Assembly (NCBI RefSeq): GCF_009914755.1 | Contig: NC_060932.1 | DNA from: the human T2T-CHM13v2.0 reference genome, Homo sapiens | Strand: one strand, 5' to 3' | DNA length: 64,000 bases | Part shown: positions 41,443 to 58,023 of the stretch, one piece after another | How the letters are laid out: each line of letters opens with the position of its first letter | Numbering within the stretch: position 1 is the first letter of the stretch | The notes under the pieces: generated by a model | Seen by the model: the letters and a program-made list of their open reading frames with translations, nothing else | Databases searched by the model: none | Told to the model about the DNA's origin: nothing | Made by a program: the position numbers and the translations under genes

Positions 41443-42825
41443 TAAGTAGAGATGGGGTTTTGCCATGTTGGCCAGCTGGTTTCGAACTCCTGACCTCAGG
41501 TGGGCTGCCTGCCTCGGCCTCCCAAAGTGCTGGGATTACAGGTGTGAGCCACCATGCCCAGCCATGAGTCATTTATTTATAAACTTATAAATAAATTTAT
41601 AAGCTTATATATAAATTTATGAACTTATAAACATATATAAATTTATAAACTTATAAGCTATCCACTCATTAATGTGCCCATTCCACCCTTACACCATGTT
41701 TAAATAATTATTCACTTATTTTTTATCTACTATTCATTCAGACATCCATTCATCCATTCATACACGCATTCATGCTGTTTACTTGACAGAAAATTATGAG
41801 AAAGCAAAGAAGGACTGTGTCTCGTTCACCCCTTAATCGTATGCCCCAGTATTGGTTGACCACGATAGGCACTGAAACATTTTGTTGAACGATGAATTCA
41901 TCCATCAATTCATCCATCCAGTTGCTCAACTAACCATTTGCTTATCTCATGTATCCATTCTTTACACTCATTCATCTATTAATTTTTCATGTATCAGTTC
42001 ATCATTTAATCAGTTCATTCAATTAATCTAATCTTCATTCTCTTATAGTTTAATTCATTAATTTACTCATTCATTCATCATTTATTGCCTATTCATTAAG
42101 ACACTCGTAAGTTTACTCGTTATATTATCCTTTTATTTTCTGTCTTCATTCATTTTCCGTCTACTCCAGTTCTTCCACTTACAGACAGAACTTTGGCAAG
42201 TTCTGAAGCTTATTTGAATCTGTTTCCATATATTCAGAAATGGGACTAATAACAGCTTTTTGAAGATTCATGAGATAGTGAATGAAATTCCTTGGCACAA
42301 TTCCTGGTGCAGAGTCAGTTCTCAAGAAATGGTAGCTATTATTATTTTAAATGAGTATCACAATTTCTTTTAAGTTACAAAATCATTGCCTCATTCGTAT
42401 GTCTGTTCACTCTTCCATCCTATTTATCTAGTTATCCATTCATCCCTTCTCTCATTTTAGCTACTCCTTGATTTTATACATCTTCAGACTTTCCTTTTTA
42501 ATTACAAATGACATACAGAATATTGCAGAAATCAAAGTTGTGGCTCAATTATTTACCACAAAGGAAATACTCATGTAGTAACTACCTGACTCAAGAAATA
42601 AAGTATCGCCAGAACACCACACCTCTCCCCAGATCATCATATCCTGAATTTTATAGTGCTTGCTTCCTTCTTTTTTTCAAGTTACAAAACTTTCCTGAAA
42701 TATGTATAAAGTTCCCAGTTTAATCCTCTCAACAAACCTGATTGTAGTATTATTAATATTCCTACATTATATACAAAGACTTTATTATATACAAAGAAAC
42801 TTAAGCACAGAGATGTTAAGTCATC

Positions 42826-45070
<2,245 letters not shown>

Positions 45071-46653
45071 TCAAGCAGTTCTCCTGCCTCGGCCTCCTGA
45101 GTAGCTGGGATTACAGGCACGTGCCACCATGCCCAGCTAATTTTGTATTAGTAGAGACAGGGTTTCTTCATGTTGGACAGGCTGGTCTCAAACTCCTGAC
45201 CTCAGGCATCTGCCCACCTCGGTCTCCCGAAGAGCTGGGATTACAGATATGAGCCACCGTGCCTGGCCTCTTGCTTTTCTTTATTCCATCATTAAATCAT
45301 CCCTCCTTTATTCATTCACTTTGTCATCCACTTACTCATTCATCCATTCATTCCTAAACATGAGTGCCTAAATAATATAGCTTTGTTTCACTGTGTTTGA
45401 GCTTTATGTAAATGAATTTATATGGCAGCTGTTCTTTGGTATCTGGCTTCTTCTATCACAGGCTATATTCGTGAGATTCAGTCTTGTTGCCTGTAGCTAA
45501 AGTTCATTTACTTTCATTGTTATGGAGACTTTAATTATATAAATGTCTGCAATATATTTACCATTTTACTGCTGATGAACGTTCAGTTTGTTTCCAGGCT
45601 TTGGTTATAATGATGCTGCTATGAACATTCTTGTATGTGTCTCTTGGTACATATGTGCACAGTTTTCCAAAATGGTTGTACCAGTTTATCCACTCCCACT
45701 GACAATATGTTATAGTCCCACTGCCCCATGCTCTCCCAGACATTGTGATTGCCAGTGTTTTTTAATGCAGACTCATGGTGGATGTGCCGTGGTGCCTCAC
45801 TGCAGTTTTACCTTGCATTTCCCTGCCAACTAATGAAGTTGAGAACTCTTAGGCATATTAGCCCCTTAGCTATCTTTTTAAAAGTAGTACCTGTTAGCAT
45901 TAGTGACCACTTTTCTCTGGGTTGCCTGATTTATTTTCCTTATTGCTCTGTGGACCTTATTTATATATTCTAGATCAAACTCCTTATCAATTACATGTAT
46001 TATAGGTGTCTTCTGTCTTACTTGCCTTTTCACTCACTTAATGTTATAATTTGATGGAAAATTTTGTTTTACTGTAGTAAATTTTATCATTCTTTTCCTT
46101 TATGGTTGGTGCCTTTTATGTCAGTTTAGAAGTCTCTCCATCCTCCCAAGGACATAAAGATATTTTCTGGTGCAGTCTTCTACATCTTTCACATTTAGAG
46201 CCATCATCCACTAGAATAGACTTCTGTGCGTTGTTTTGGTCCTCCTTGTGCAAGGTCATGTTCAAGCTTGTTTATTTCTCATATGGATGCACAGTTGTCC
46301 TGAGAGCACCCACAGTCTTTGTGAAAGACTGCCCTCCTCACTCTACACCATCAACTGTGCCCTAAGTCAAGTGTCTATATACTTATAGCTCTGTTCTGGG
46401 ATCGCTGTTCTGTTCCATAGGTCTATTGATCTATCCTGTGTCAATACCCATGTCTTGACTACAGCAGCTTTATAACAAGTCTTGTACCAGATAAAAGCAA
46501 GTCTTCCCACCTTGTTTTTCTTCATGCTTGGGTTTTGGAAAGTTCTCAGTCATTACCTCTGTTTCTGCCCTTATTCTCACTCTCCAAATATACAGATGGT
46601 AGATCTCACCATAGCCTCTACATTTCTGTATCAACCAGGATAGACTAGGATGT

Positions 46654-47032
46654 TGCTATGTTTTGGATCTATGTCCCCACCCAAATCTCATGTCAAATTG
46701 TAATCCTCAGTGTTGCAGGAGGGGCCTGGGGGGAGGTGATTGGATCACGGGGGCTGATTTCCCCATGGTCTTCTCACAATAGTGAGTTCTCATGAGATCT
46801 GGTTGTTTAGAAGTATGTAGCACCTCCCCCTGCTCTCTCTTCCTCCTTCTCTAGCCATGTAAAATGTGCCTGCTTCCCCTTGGCCTTCTGTCATGATTGT
46901 AAGTTTCCTGAGGTATCCCTAGCCATACTTCCTGTACAGCCTGCAGAACCATGAGTCAATTAAACCTCTTTTCTTTATAAATTACCCAGTCTCAGGTAGT
47001 TCTTTTTAGCCATGTGAGAATGGACTAATACA
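46654..47032 (+). mobile_element. MSTA-like MaLR solo LTR nested in an older MLT1-like LTR (to ~47390)
   Basis: tgctatgttttggatct...gaatggactaataca termini. Confidence 0.85.
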
Positions 47033-47658
47033 GATGTGCTGTGGAACATGCAGTCTCCAAATCTCAATGGTATAAAACAAAATGAGTTTATTTTTTACTT
47101 ATGCTACATGTCCATTGAGGGTTAACAGGGGGCTTCTGCTAACTGTAGTCTGTTAGGGACCCAGGCTGACAGAGCAACCACCATCTTGAATATTGCTGGT
47201 CAGTATACCAGAGGGAAAGAGCTGAGGAGGGTCTAGCACAAACACTTCTACTTATAGCTCATTGGTCAGATCTAGTCATTTGGCTCCACCAAAACCACAA
47301 ATTGGTCAGGAAGTGTAATCCTATACTATGTCTAGAAGGTGGAAGGACGGACATGTTTGATGATCAGCACTAGTAACTTACCACAGTTTTTTTACCCTCT
47401 TTTCTGTATTTTCCATCCTTTTGTTTTGAGTTTATTCTGGATATTTTCTTGTGACATGTCTTTCAGTTTACTAATTCTCTCTTCAGCTGCATCTAGCTAG
47501 TTATTAAATCCATGCACTTTGTCCTTAATTTTGGTTATTTTAATTTTCATGTCTAAAATTTTATTTGGTTCCAGCTCTCTGCTAAAATCAATCTAGTCTC
47601 TCTTTGAGCACAGTAAATATAGTTATTTGAAAATCTGTAGCTAACTCTAATATCCTGA

Positions 47659-48655
<997 letters not shown>

Positions 48656-50162
48656 ATGTCATACGTTTTACTGGTAGGAATCATTTGAAGCCTAGAAAGG
48701 TATTTTTCACTCTTTTTTCACTGAGGATTTAGGTTTTGCCATGTATTGGGGGTACCAGCGGTCTGGAGTCACTTCACCAACTTCAGAGATTAAGATGATT
48801 TGAAGCTAAGCTGAAGTCAACCTCACTCGGAGGCTACTGTCCTTAGGACCCCAAAGTGAGGATCAAATTTGCATATTCATAAATTCCTTCACTCACCCAC
48901 CCACGTTTATATTTGCAAATTTATATTTACAAATATAGACAGAATCATTGATAAATGTGCAGAAGAATGTGCATAAATGAATACATCTATATAGTCATCT
49001 CTCCTATGTGTTTACCCATTTATCTGTCCAAACAATCAGGTATATGCTAATGTACGAATTAGCTCATCCGTTCATGATTAGCCCAGCCACTGGACCAACT
49101 GACAGAAGACCTGAGCTGGGAGCTGTTCTAGGTCCTTAGGACCCATCCTTGAACAAAACAAAGTCCCTTCTGTCACAACTCACAGTGCAGTGGAGATGCC
49201 AGGCTACCAGGGCGGGCAGGGCTGGGCTGGAATTTTAAGAAAGGTGGCCAAGGTGGGGTTTGCTGAGAAGGTGGCATACAAGGGAGAACTTGGAGGGGAG
49301 GGAATGAGGGCTGTGAACGTCTGAGGAGCTCCCAGACAGGAGGACTGGCCAGTGTAAGATCCTGAGGGGGACAAGGAAGGAGCCCCTGTGGCTGCCAGGG
49401 AATGAGGCACAGAGGCTGGAGGATTTGGGGGCTGATCGAGGAATACAGGACCAGGAGAGGGCGGTAGCACGCAGTGAGCTTTATTCTGGTGGCACTTGGA
49501 CAGGTTTTCACGGAGGGCTTGACGCCTAGGGGAAACTGCTCAGAAGCAGGATGGGGCACCAGGGAGCTCCAGAGGGCAGCCCAGCCTGAAGGCTTTTGTA
49601 GCCCCAGGGTTTGTCTCATCCACCACTGGCAGACGTGGGTTCAGTTTTGCAGGGTATTCAAAGCAAGCAGGGTCGGTCTAAATGTCTAGAAGTATGCATA
49701 TTTGGGCTCTATTTAAAGCAAATGTCTGTGTAAAATTTTGATTTTGGCCCTGGTGGGCTTTGAACTTTTGGTCCTAGCTGCTGGGAAGCAGATAGCACAG
49801 GGCAGTCCTCAGGCCGTGGTTAGCCTGTGGATCCATCAGGTGGCCGTGGAGGTGAGTTTACCACGTGTCTGCATGTCCCTGGCCCCCCACAGACCTGCAG
49901 GCCCCCTATACTGCCCCTTCTTTCCATCTCTGCCCCCTGCATCTGTAGACAAATGCTTAAGTCAGCACCGACTCAGCCAGGATGGCAGTTACCCAAGGCC
50001 ACGCCGCGCCACTGCTTCTCTCCCTCTCGTCTGCTGTGTCTCCCTCCCTCCCGTGCATCTGTGAGTTCTTCCCAGTTCTGCCCACATTCAGTCTCCCTGT
50101 TTGCACTTGTCTGTGGCCAGTCTCCTGGAAGAGCTACAGGGAACTCATCCTGCCCCCGCTCT

Positions 50163-50329
50163 TTCCCCTCATCCTGTCTTCATCCTTCCCATGCCACGAA
50201 CCCCTTGCTCTGTGGGAACGCCGGCGGCTCACCCGCGCACCCCACCTCCTTCCCCTCATCCTGTCTTCATCCTTCCCACGCCACAAACCCCTTGCTCTGT
50301 GGGAATGCGGCCGCTCACCCGCGCACCCC
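50163..50329. repeat. 87-bp-period tandem duplication
   Basis: TTCCCCTCATCCTGTCTTCATCCTTCCCA...CTCACCCGCGCACCCC twice. Confidence 0.9.
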
Positions 50330-51407
50330 TAACGCAGTGCCTTCTGCTTGCTCCATGGCCCGTGCCTGTCCACCTCCACCTGGCCCCGTCGCCAGGCCTG
50401 CCACACCTTCTCGGTCTGCTCTTGGTTGTGGCACCCACCTTCAGCCACCTGCTCTTCTTCTCCCAGGCCTCTGCTCTCCAGCCAGCAGCTCCTCGGGCCC
50501 CGACTGTTTCGCAGGCCTAATTCCGAGTATGAGAGTCTCCCTGCCCCACCCGGCCCTTCTCAGCTACCGCCTTGCCTCCTTCCGCTGTCATCCAGCTATT
50601 AGGGAGCTGGCCACACTAGACAACAGGCCCTGGTCACCCCTGCTTCCCAGAGCAGGAAGGGGCAAGTGGCATTCACACACGGAGCCACCCACGAACAGCT
50701 TCCTGGTCAAGCGTGATGCCGGGACTGGCCCGCCACCAGGCGCATGTGGACCTGCTCTGAGCTCCTGCTCTTCCTTCCTCCTCACTGTGACCCCCTCCAA
50801 GCATCACCCCTGCTCCACAGACAAGGAGGGCCAGGCACAGGAAGTCAGGGACTCACCCGGCGCAGCTGGGCTTTGAGCCCGGCTCTCTGCACCCACTCCT
50901 TGCTCCTGGAGTGCTGGGGACTCAGGAGGGTGAGAGGCAGCGGCGGCCCCAGGGATTGTGTCCTGCAGGCAGAGATCTGTGGGAGACCACAGAGGAGGGA
51001 GCTCCAGTGTGCACATCCTGCGGGCCAGCCTCCTACTCAGGAAGCAGCAGTGGCACCCAAGGCCTCAGGCGTGTACTTGAGTCTGACAGAGGCGGGAAGC
51101 CTGGGCCAGGTCCTGGGGGACTGAAGGGGAAGGAAGCCCTTGGAGGCCCAGCCACAGGAGCAGGTTCCTGCTTGGACTTGGTCAGGGAGCCCAGGAGAAT
51201 TCCCAGCGGCCTGGGTGGCCTGGGCTTTGGGGACAGCAGCCCCACAGGGGCTCATGCTTTGGGGCCCACCACGCACCAGCTGTGAGCACTGAGGCCCTTT
51301 CTGCATAATGGCACCCTTTCTCCCAGATGGGAGAGCAACAGTTCCTCTCCAGGCTGAGGAGACTCGGAACACGCACTGAGGGCCCGACAAATGTCGTCTG
51401 TCACTAG

Positions 51408-51736
<329 letters not shown>

Positions 51737-51746
51737 GTGAGTGTGA

Positions 51747-52557
<811 letters not shown>

Positions 52558-52629
52558 GTCAGTTCTCCGGGCCAGACGTGGGCGATTTGGGGTTTGGACA
52601 GACAGCAGTGACCTGATGGGTGTCCCCAG

Positions 52630-52764
52630 GTGGCCTCTTGTTATTGACCCTTTGGGCCAGGCGGCCACCTTCCTGCGCTACCAGGATACCAACTATGTGG
52701 ACACGGTGAACCCGGAGCCCCTGAGGCCGGAGAGGATGTGGCTGGCTCTGCTGGGGGCTCTGCG
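52630..52764 (+). CDS. IQANK1: IQANK1 exon (WPLVIDPLGQAATFLRYQDTNY...LLGALR)
   Basis: tccccag| ... CG|GTGAGG, 135 nt. Confidence 0.9.
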
Positions 52765-52768
52765 GTGA

Positions 52769-53101
<333 letters not shown>

Positions 53102-53117
53102 TGCTGGCCCCAGTCCC

Positions 53118-53123
53118 AATAAA
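53118..53123 (+). terminator. IQANK1: IQANK1 poly(A) signal
   Basis: AATAAA 16 nt after the stop. Confidence 0.85.
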
Positions 53124-53432
53124 ACGTGTGCCCCGGGGCGCGGTGCTGCATCTGTGCTGCGTGCGTGGGGGCAGCGGTGGCGTGTGCCAGTCCAGGACTC
53201 CGGCAGTCCCGGGCCCCGGCCGGCGGACATGGGTCTGCAGGCACTTGGGGGAGGCCCTGCTGGGGATGGGCAGCCTGCCCGGCCGACCCGTGCGCAGTGA
53301 GGCGCAGCGGGAGACGTGGGAGGGACGGTGAGGGTGCAGCCCTCGGAGCTCAGCCTCGCCTCGGAGGGCAGGAAGGGTCTGTGCTAGTGGGTGGGGGATG
53401 GACAGGCAGACGGGAGGTAAAATGTAGTCAAC

Positions 53433-53438
53433 TTTATT
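53433..53438 (-). terminator. SCRIB: SCRIB poly(A) signal
   Basis: AATAAA on - strand ~220 nt past the SCRIB stop. Confidence 0.85.
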
Positions 53439-53655
53439 CTCCTTAAACCACAAAATAGAGTCTTTGGTTGTACAAACATCACTAGTTACAGTCTCGCCGA
53501 GGTCTCGGCTGGGGTGGGGCAGTTAGTTAGTCACAGGCCAGAACTCCTGTGGGGTCTCTTTAAAATGCTAACACCCAGGTTAAAAGACTTGGGGCAAGGG
53601 TGGTGCTGGAGCTGGCAGGGCCCCCACCCCAAGTCTGGGGGAGGTGCCTGCTCCT

Positions 53656-53801
53656 CTAGGAGGGCACAGGGCCCAGGCCACGGCGCCCAGGCCTTACGGG
53701 GCGGCGGCTGCTGCACAGTGCCACATCTTCAGGGCCCACAGCGCCGGGTGAGGGCCTGCCCAGAAGCACCAGAGCCACTTCTCCATCCTCCTCCTGCGGG
53801 C
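53656..53801 (-). CDS. SCRIB: SCRIB last coding exon (GPQEEDGEVAL...GLGPVPS*)
   Basis: ctccag| acceptor; TAG at 53658..53656; recognised Scribble C-terminus. Confidence 0.95.
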
Positions 53802-53881
53802 CTGGAGGGCAGGGACAGGTGGGCAGTGAGCTGAGGGCAGCTGGGCTCCTGGGAGCTCACCCCAGCCCGGCCCCAACTCAC

Positions 53882-53933
53882 CAGGGCTGGGAGATGGTTC
53901 CAGGGACCTCAACTCCTCAGCAAAGTCCGGTGA
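53882..53933 (-). CDS. SCRIB: SCRIB exon (SPDFAEELRSLEPSPSP)
   Basis: cacag| ... |GTGAGT, 52 nt. Confidence 0.93.
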
Positions 53934-54158
53934 CTGTGATGGGGAGAGTGTTGGTCAGGCCGGTGCCAGCCCTGCCCCAAACCACCCAGGTGGACGGGTG
54001 GGCTCCCAGCCCTGAGGCCCACAGAGCCCGGCTGAAGGGGGAGGGGGGGTGAAGAGGCAGGGCCACGGCAGAGCGTGGGGAGGCCCTGCGGGAGCGGATG
54101 GAGGCGGTGGCAGGCACGGACAGGGTGGCAGGCATGCAGAGGCCTGGAGGCCAGGTAC

Positions 54159-54233
54159 CTGGATGTCATAGACAGGTCTGGAAGAAGGCAGGGCCGCAAA
54201 GGCCCTGTAGTCAAACTTCTTTCCAGACAAGGG
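54159..54233 (-). CDS. SCRIB: SCRIB cassette exon (PLSGKKFDYRAFAALPSSRPVYDIQ)
   Basis: tttcaag| ... CAG|GTACCT, 75 nt, phase 0-0. Confidence 0.9.
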
Positions 54234-54368
54234 CTTGAAAGGACAGCGTGAGGGGAGAGGCAGAGAGTGAGAGGAAAGGGGGGGATGAGGGCCACGGGGG
54301 TGGGGGCAGGCCAGACCCCCCCCCCATGCCTCGGGGGTGAAGGGAAGGCATAGCCACCGGCTCCTCAC

Positions 54369-54406
54369 CAGGCGTCCCGGGGAGGTGCTGGTCTGGGGGC
54401 TGAGGT
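54369..54406 (-). CDS. SCRIB: SCRIB exon (DLSPQTSTSPGRL)
   Basis: ccccag| ... |GTGAGG, 38 nt. Confidence 0.92.
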
Positions 54407-54483
54407 CTGGGGGGACAAGAAGCGGGCATTGGAAGCAGCCCATGCGGCAGGCTGACCCCCCCGACCTGCCCTGACCCACAGAC

Positions 54484-54626
54484 CTTCCACAGGGGTGGGC
54501 GACGGGGTGGGCGCAGGGGAAGGGGCCTCGGCCAGTCGCTCCAGGGGCCCCCGCGTGCCCCGGCCTTCCTGGGACCTGCTGAGGACCATCTGTGCTCGGA
54601 GAGCGTCCTGTTCCAATGACTTCATC
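54484..54626 (-). CDS. SCRIB: SCRIB exon (MKSLEQDALRAQ...PSPTPVE)
   Basis: ctgcag| ... AAG|GTCTGT, 143 nt. Confidence 0.95.
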
Positions 54627-54712
54627 CTGCAGAGAACAGCGGGCAGGGGTGACTTGGGGCAGGAGCAGGGACAGGCAGCAGGGCGGGGCGGCGACCCCAC
54701 ACAGGGGCTCAC

Positions 54713-54898
54713 CTGGCTGCCCTCCACAGCGCACGCTTCTCGGCCTCCAGGGCCCGGAGCTCGGCAGGGGACAGGGCACGCTCGGGTGCCGGTGGCTCCG
54801 GACTCTGCACGCGCAGCCGCTCCTGGTGGCGCCGTTCAGCTTTGGCCGTCCGCACCGGGGCGCCACCTCCCAGGGGCGGGGGGGACGCCGGGCTCTGC
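54713..54898 (-). CDS. SCRIB: SCRIB exon (QSPASPPPLGGGAPVRTAKAERRHQERL...KRALWRAAR)
   Basis: ttccccag| ... CAG|GTGAGC, 186 nt. Confidence 0.95.
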
Positions 54899-54977
54899 CT
54901 GGGGAAGGGACAGGACGTGCTGTGGGGGGCAGGGGCACGTGGGGTGAGTAGGGGGCGTCTGGTGGGCGGGTGCTCAC

Positions 54978-55128
54978 CTTGAGGTGGGGCTCGGGCTGGC
55001 CCAGGGTGGCTGCTCATCCTCCTGTTCCTCCTCGCCCAGCGTCTCCCCGTCCAGGGCGAGCCTCGCTTCGGCCCCAGCCTCTGCCGCCTCCCGCAGCATC
55101 TGCGCTCTCTTCTGCTGTAGTTTTCTGG
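54978..55128 (-). CDS. SCRIB: SCRIB exon (ARKLQQKRAQML...SPSPTSR)
   Basis: ggcag| ... AAG|GTGAGC, 151 nt. Confidence 0.95.
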
Positions 55129-55200
55129 CTGCCGGAGGGCAGGGTGGGTCAGGCCAGACCAGCCGAGACCCAACCCCCACCCCACTTCCGTGCCCCTCAC

Positions 55201-55360
55201 CTTCCTCCTCCTGCATCTTCCGCAGGTCGTCAGCACCCACCAGGGACACGCGCTTAGGGGGGCCCTCGGCCTGGGGCACGCGCACCTCCAGCTCAAAGTA
55301 CTTCTGCCGCTCCCGGAAGGACAGCTGCTCCGGGGAGGCTGCAGGCCCAGGCGTGGGGGG
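55201..55360 (-). CDS. SCRIB: SCRIB exon (PPTPGPAASPEQLSFRERQKYFE...RKMQEEE)
   Basis: ccccag| ... AAG|GTGAGG, 160 nt. Confidence 0.95.
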
Positions 55361-55468
55361 CTGGGGGGAGCGGACCTTGAGGTTTGGCTGGCATTCCTCC
55401 GAGATACTGGGGCCCCCGGGCACCCACCCCAACCACGCGCAGCAGGGAGGCGTGCTGCCCCCACACAC

Positions 55469-55576
55469 CTGGGCAGGGGCATCCTCAGGCGGGTGAGAAG
55501 TGGGCACGGCCGCGAAGGCCCTGTAGGCCTGCTTCACATTGGCGGGCAGCTCATCCGGAGAAGGCGGGGAGGGCGG
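55469..55576 (-). CDS. SCRIB: SCRIB exon (PPSPPSPDELPANVKQAYRAFAAVPTSHPPEDAPAQ)
   Basis: ccccag| ... CAG|GTGTGT, 108 nt. Confidence 0.95.
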
Positions 55577-56392
55577 CTGGGGGGTGGGGCTCTTGTGAGC
55601 TATGCTGGGGCAGCTGTCGGGGCTGCAGCTGTGTGCAACTCACCACCGGCTGTCCCCCCGCCTGTCCCCCCGCCTGCCTTTGATCCCCACCCACCATCCT
55701 GCTGGGGAAGGAGGCTCTGCCACCCCCACCCACGGGACAGAGCACTCACGGAGTGGGGACAACCTCTGCCCCTGGGGGCTGGGGAGCCCCTTGGCCAGGC
55801 CTGAGCCAATGGCTGGATCACCCCTGGTTTTGTCTAAAAAAGGCAGGTGGGGGCGGCGGGGGCAGAGGAGAGCAGGATCAGGGGTTTAAGGCAAGGGACG
55901 GGGGTAGAGAGGGGGGTGGGAGAGACAGAGAGAGAGAGACCGACCAACCTGGGTGGGGCTGACATCTTGCCTGTGAGGGGCTGAGCTGGGGCTGGGTCTC
56001 ATGGGGGCTGCCACCTCCACCCCCACGTGGCAGTGTGTTGGGAGGTGCCAACAGTGGGGGGGCAAGGACCCCCAGACAAAAGGCAGGCAGGGATAAGGTG
56101 GGCCCTGGGAGGTGTTGGGCCTGAGACACTGACTGGGGTCTCAGGAGCTTGAGCCCCTCCAGGAACAGCACACTCAGGCCCCCCACCCCATCGCCAGGCA
56201 GCTCTGGCCAGGAAAGCGTCCCTGGCCTTCCTCACACAGGAGGCCCCATGGTAGCAGAGGGAAAACCGGAGTCAACAGCACCCCACGATGGCCCCTGACC
56301 CCCCATCCCTGGAGGAGGGGCCCTGTGCACAGCGGCCATCTGCCCTGCCCTCCACCCACCATGGGGCACACCCGTTAACTTGGGACACTCAC

Positions 56393-56455
56393 CTGCTGGC
56401 CACTAGGGGAGCAGGGAGATTCAGCCATCTTCCCTCCAGCTGCTCCAGACGGTAC
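56393..56455 (-). CDS. SCRIB: SCRIB exon (VPSGAAGGKMAESPCSPSGQQ)
   Basis: tccag| ... CAG|GTGAGT, 63 nt. Confidence 0.93.
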
Positions 56456-57530
56456 CTGGAGGAGTAGGCAGTGGGTGGGGTGAGGATGGGCAGGGCTGTG
56501 GCCCCCGACCAGGAGGGACTGGGGGCCCTGGGGCTTGCCTAAAAGCCACAGCAGCTCTTCAGTTCCCCAACCTGACTATAGCCCAGGGGATGCCCCAGAC
56601 ACTCGGTCAGCACGGAGGGGCTCGTCCCCGTTCCCACAGGATGCGGGGGCCTGGGCTGGGCAGCTGCTGTCTCCATGGCAGTGTGCTGGCTGGAGCTTTG
56701 CAGGAGAGATGGGAGCAGACAGGACAGCCGGAGAAGAGAGCAGGGAGGGCTCGGGGGAGGGGCCAGAGACAGAGGTGATGGTGGGGAGCCCCTACTTGTG
56801 GTGTGCAGCCCTCAGGGCTCAGTGGCGCCCTGACTGCTGCCCCCATGACTGTGCTGTTGTTCATGAGGATGAAGGGCCTCCCGGAAGCCTCCCTCTTGGC
56901 GCTGCCCATGGCCAGAGGAGGCAGGGTCAGTACCCAAGAGCCCCCGAATGCGCTGCCTCAGATCCAGGCCCTGCCTGGCCCCTCACCACCACCCCACCGC
57001 TTGGGCAAGGGCCTGCTGGAGCCACCCCTCGGCACTCACGTTCGGTGGGGCTGGTGGGGCGCACCCTCTGGGAGGGTTATTTGTATCTCTAAGGGGAGGG
57101 ATGGGCCTGCACATCCTCCTGCCTGTCCCCAGCACCCGCCCCTCCAGCTGCTCCAGCCTGTCTTCCCCTTGGGGACATGTGCCTGCCCAATCCCCCAGGA
57201 GCCTCTGCCCCCACTCGCACCCTCTGGGGCTGGGCAGCCCCAGCAGCAGCAGGTGAAGCTCTCGCACCGCCACTAGAGGGATGCCTCGGCCTGTGTCACC
57301 CATCCGCAGCTCAGGGTGTGTGGGTGGGGCAGCACCAACATGGCTTGGGTTGAGAATGAGGGTGATAAGCATGTGCCAGGCTGGGGTAGCCTGCAGGTCA
57401 GACGTGGCCTCCTCCCACCCCAGCCCCCGCCCAAAGGTTCCCTCCCGGATGGCCCTGGCGTTTGTCCTGGGGTGGCCGATGAACAGGACAACAGGACGGA
57501 GGTGGGGGGCACTGCACACTGGGCACTCAC

Positions 57531-57605
57531 CCTCTGCACGCTGCCAGCGCTGGGCACGGCGGCCAGGGCGCGGTAGTCCAGCTTCAGGGGCTGCAGACCC
57601 CGACC
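57531..57605 (-). CDS. SCRIB: SCRIB exon (GRGLQPLKLDYRALAAVPSAGSVQR)
   Basis: ccccag| ... AGG|GTGAGT, 75 nt. Confidence 0.95.
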
Positions 57606-57769
57606 CTGGGGGCAGAGTGAACACAGCACTAGCAGGGGTAGCTCCGTGGCAGCACCCGGCCAGCACAGGGCAGGAGAGGGGGTCCTGGGGGTTACTACCC
57701 AGCACCCCACAGGCAATGTGCACCCCGCTCCAGTGCCCTGATGTGAGGGGGTGGGGCGACCACACTCAC

Positions 57770-57826
57770 TGCGGCTTCTGTGGCCTCGGGCCCCCAGTGC
57801 AGGGTCTGTCCAGGCAGCTCCTTCTC
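57770..57826 (-). CDS. SCRIB: SCRIB exon (EKELPGQTLHWGPEATEAA)
   Basis: cacag| ... |GTGAGT, 57 nt. Confidence 0.93.
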
Positions 57827-57912
57827 CTGTGAGCAGAGCAGAGCAGACCCGTCAGGCACCACCGGCCTTGGGCTCCCTGGCCCTGGGGCTGCCGGCTGCA
57901 GGCACCTCTGAC

Positions 57913-58023
57913 CTTGCCTGGGCCCTCAGGGCTCAGCTCCCGGTCGATGGAAGAGATGCTCTCCAGGCTGTTCCGGTGGCCGATGCCTGCCGCAAAGGGG
58001 TTGGCAATGACACCTGGGGACAC
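57913..58023 (-). CDS. SCRIB: SCRIB exon (VSPGVIANPFAAGIGHRNSLESISSIDRELSPEGPGK); the upstream intron fills the rest of the window
   Basis: ttctcag| ... AAG|GTCAGA, 111 nt. Confidence 0.95.

Noticed and set aside
49827-50876. 349-aa ORF
   Set aside because: C-rich intronic sequence lengthened by an in-frame 87-bp duplication; no splice or homology support.
55577-57530. Extra SCRIB cassette exons in these introns
   Set aside because: Apart from 56393..56455 I found no convincing in-phase acceptor/donor pair.
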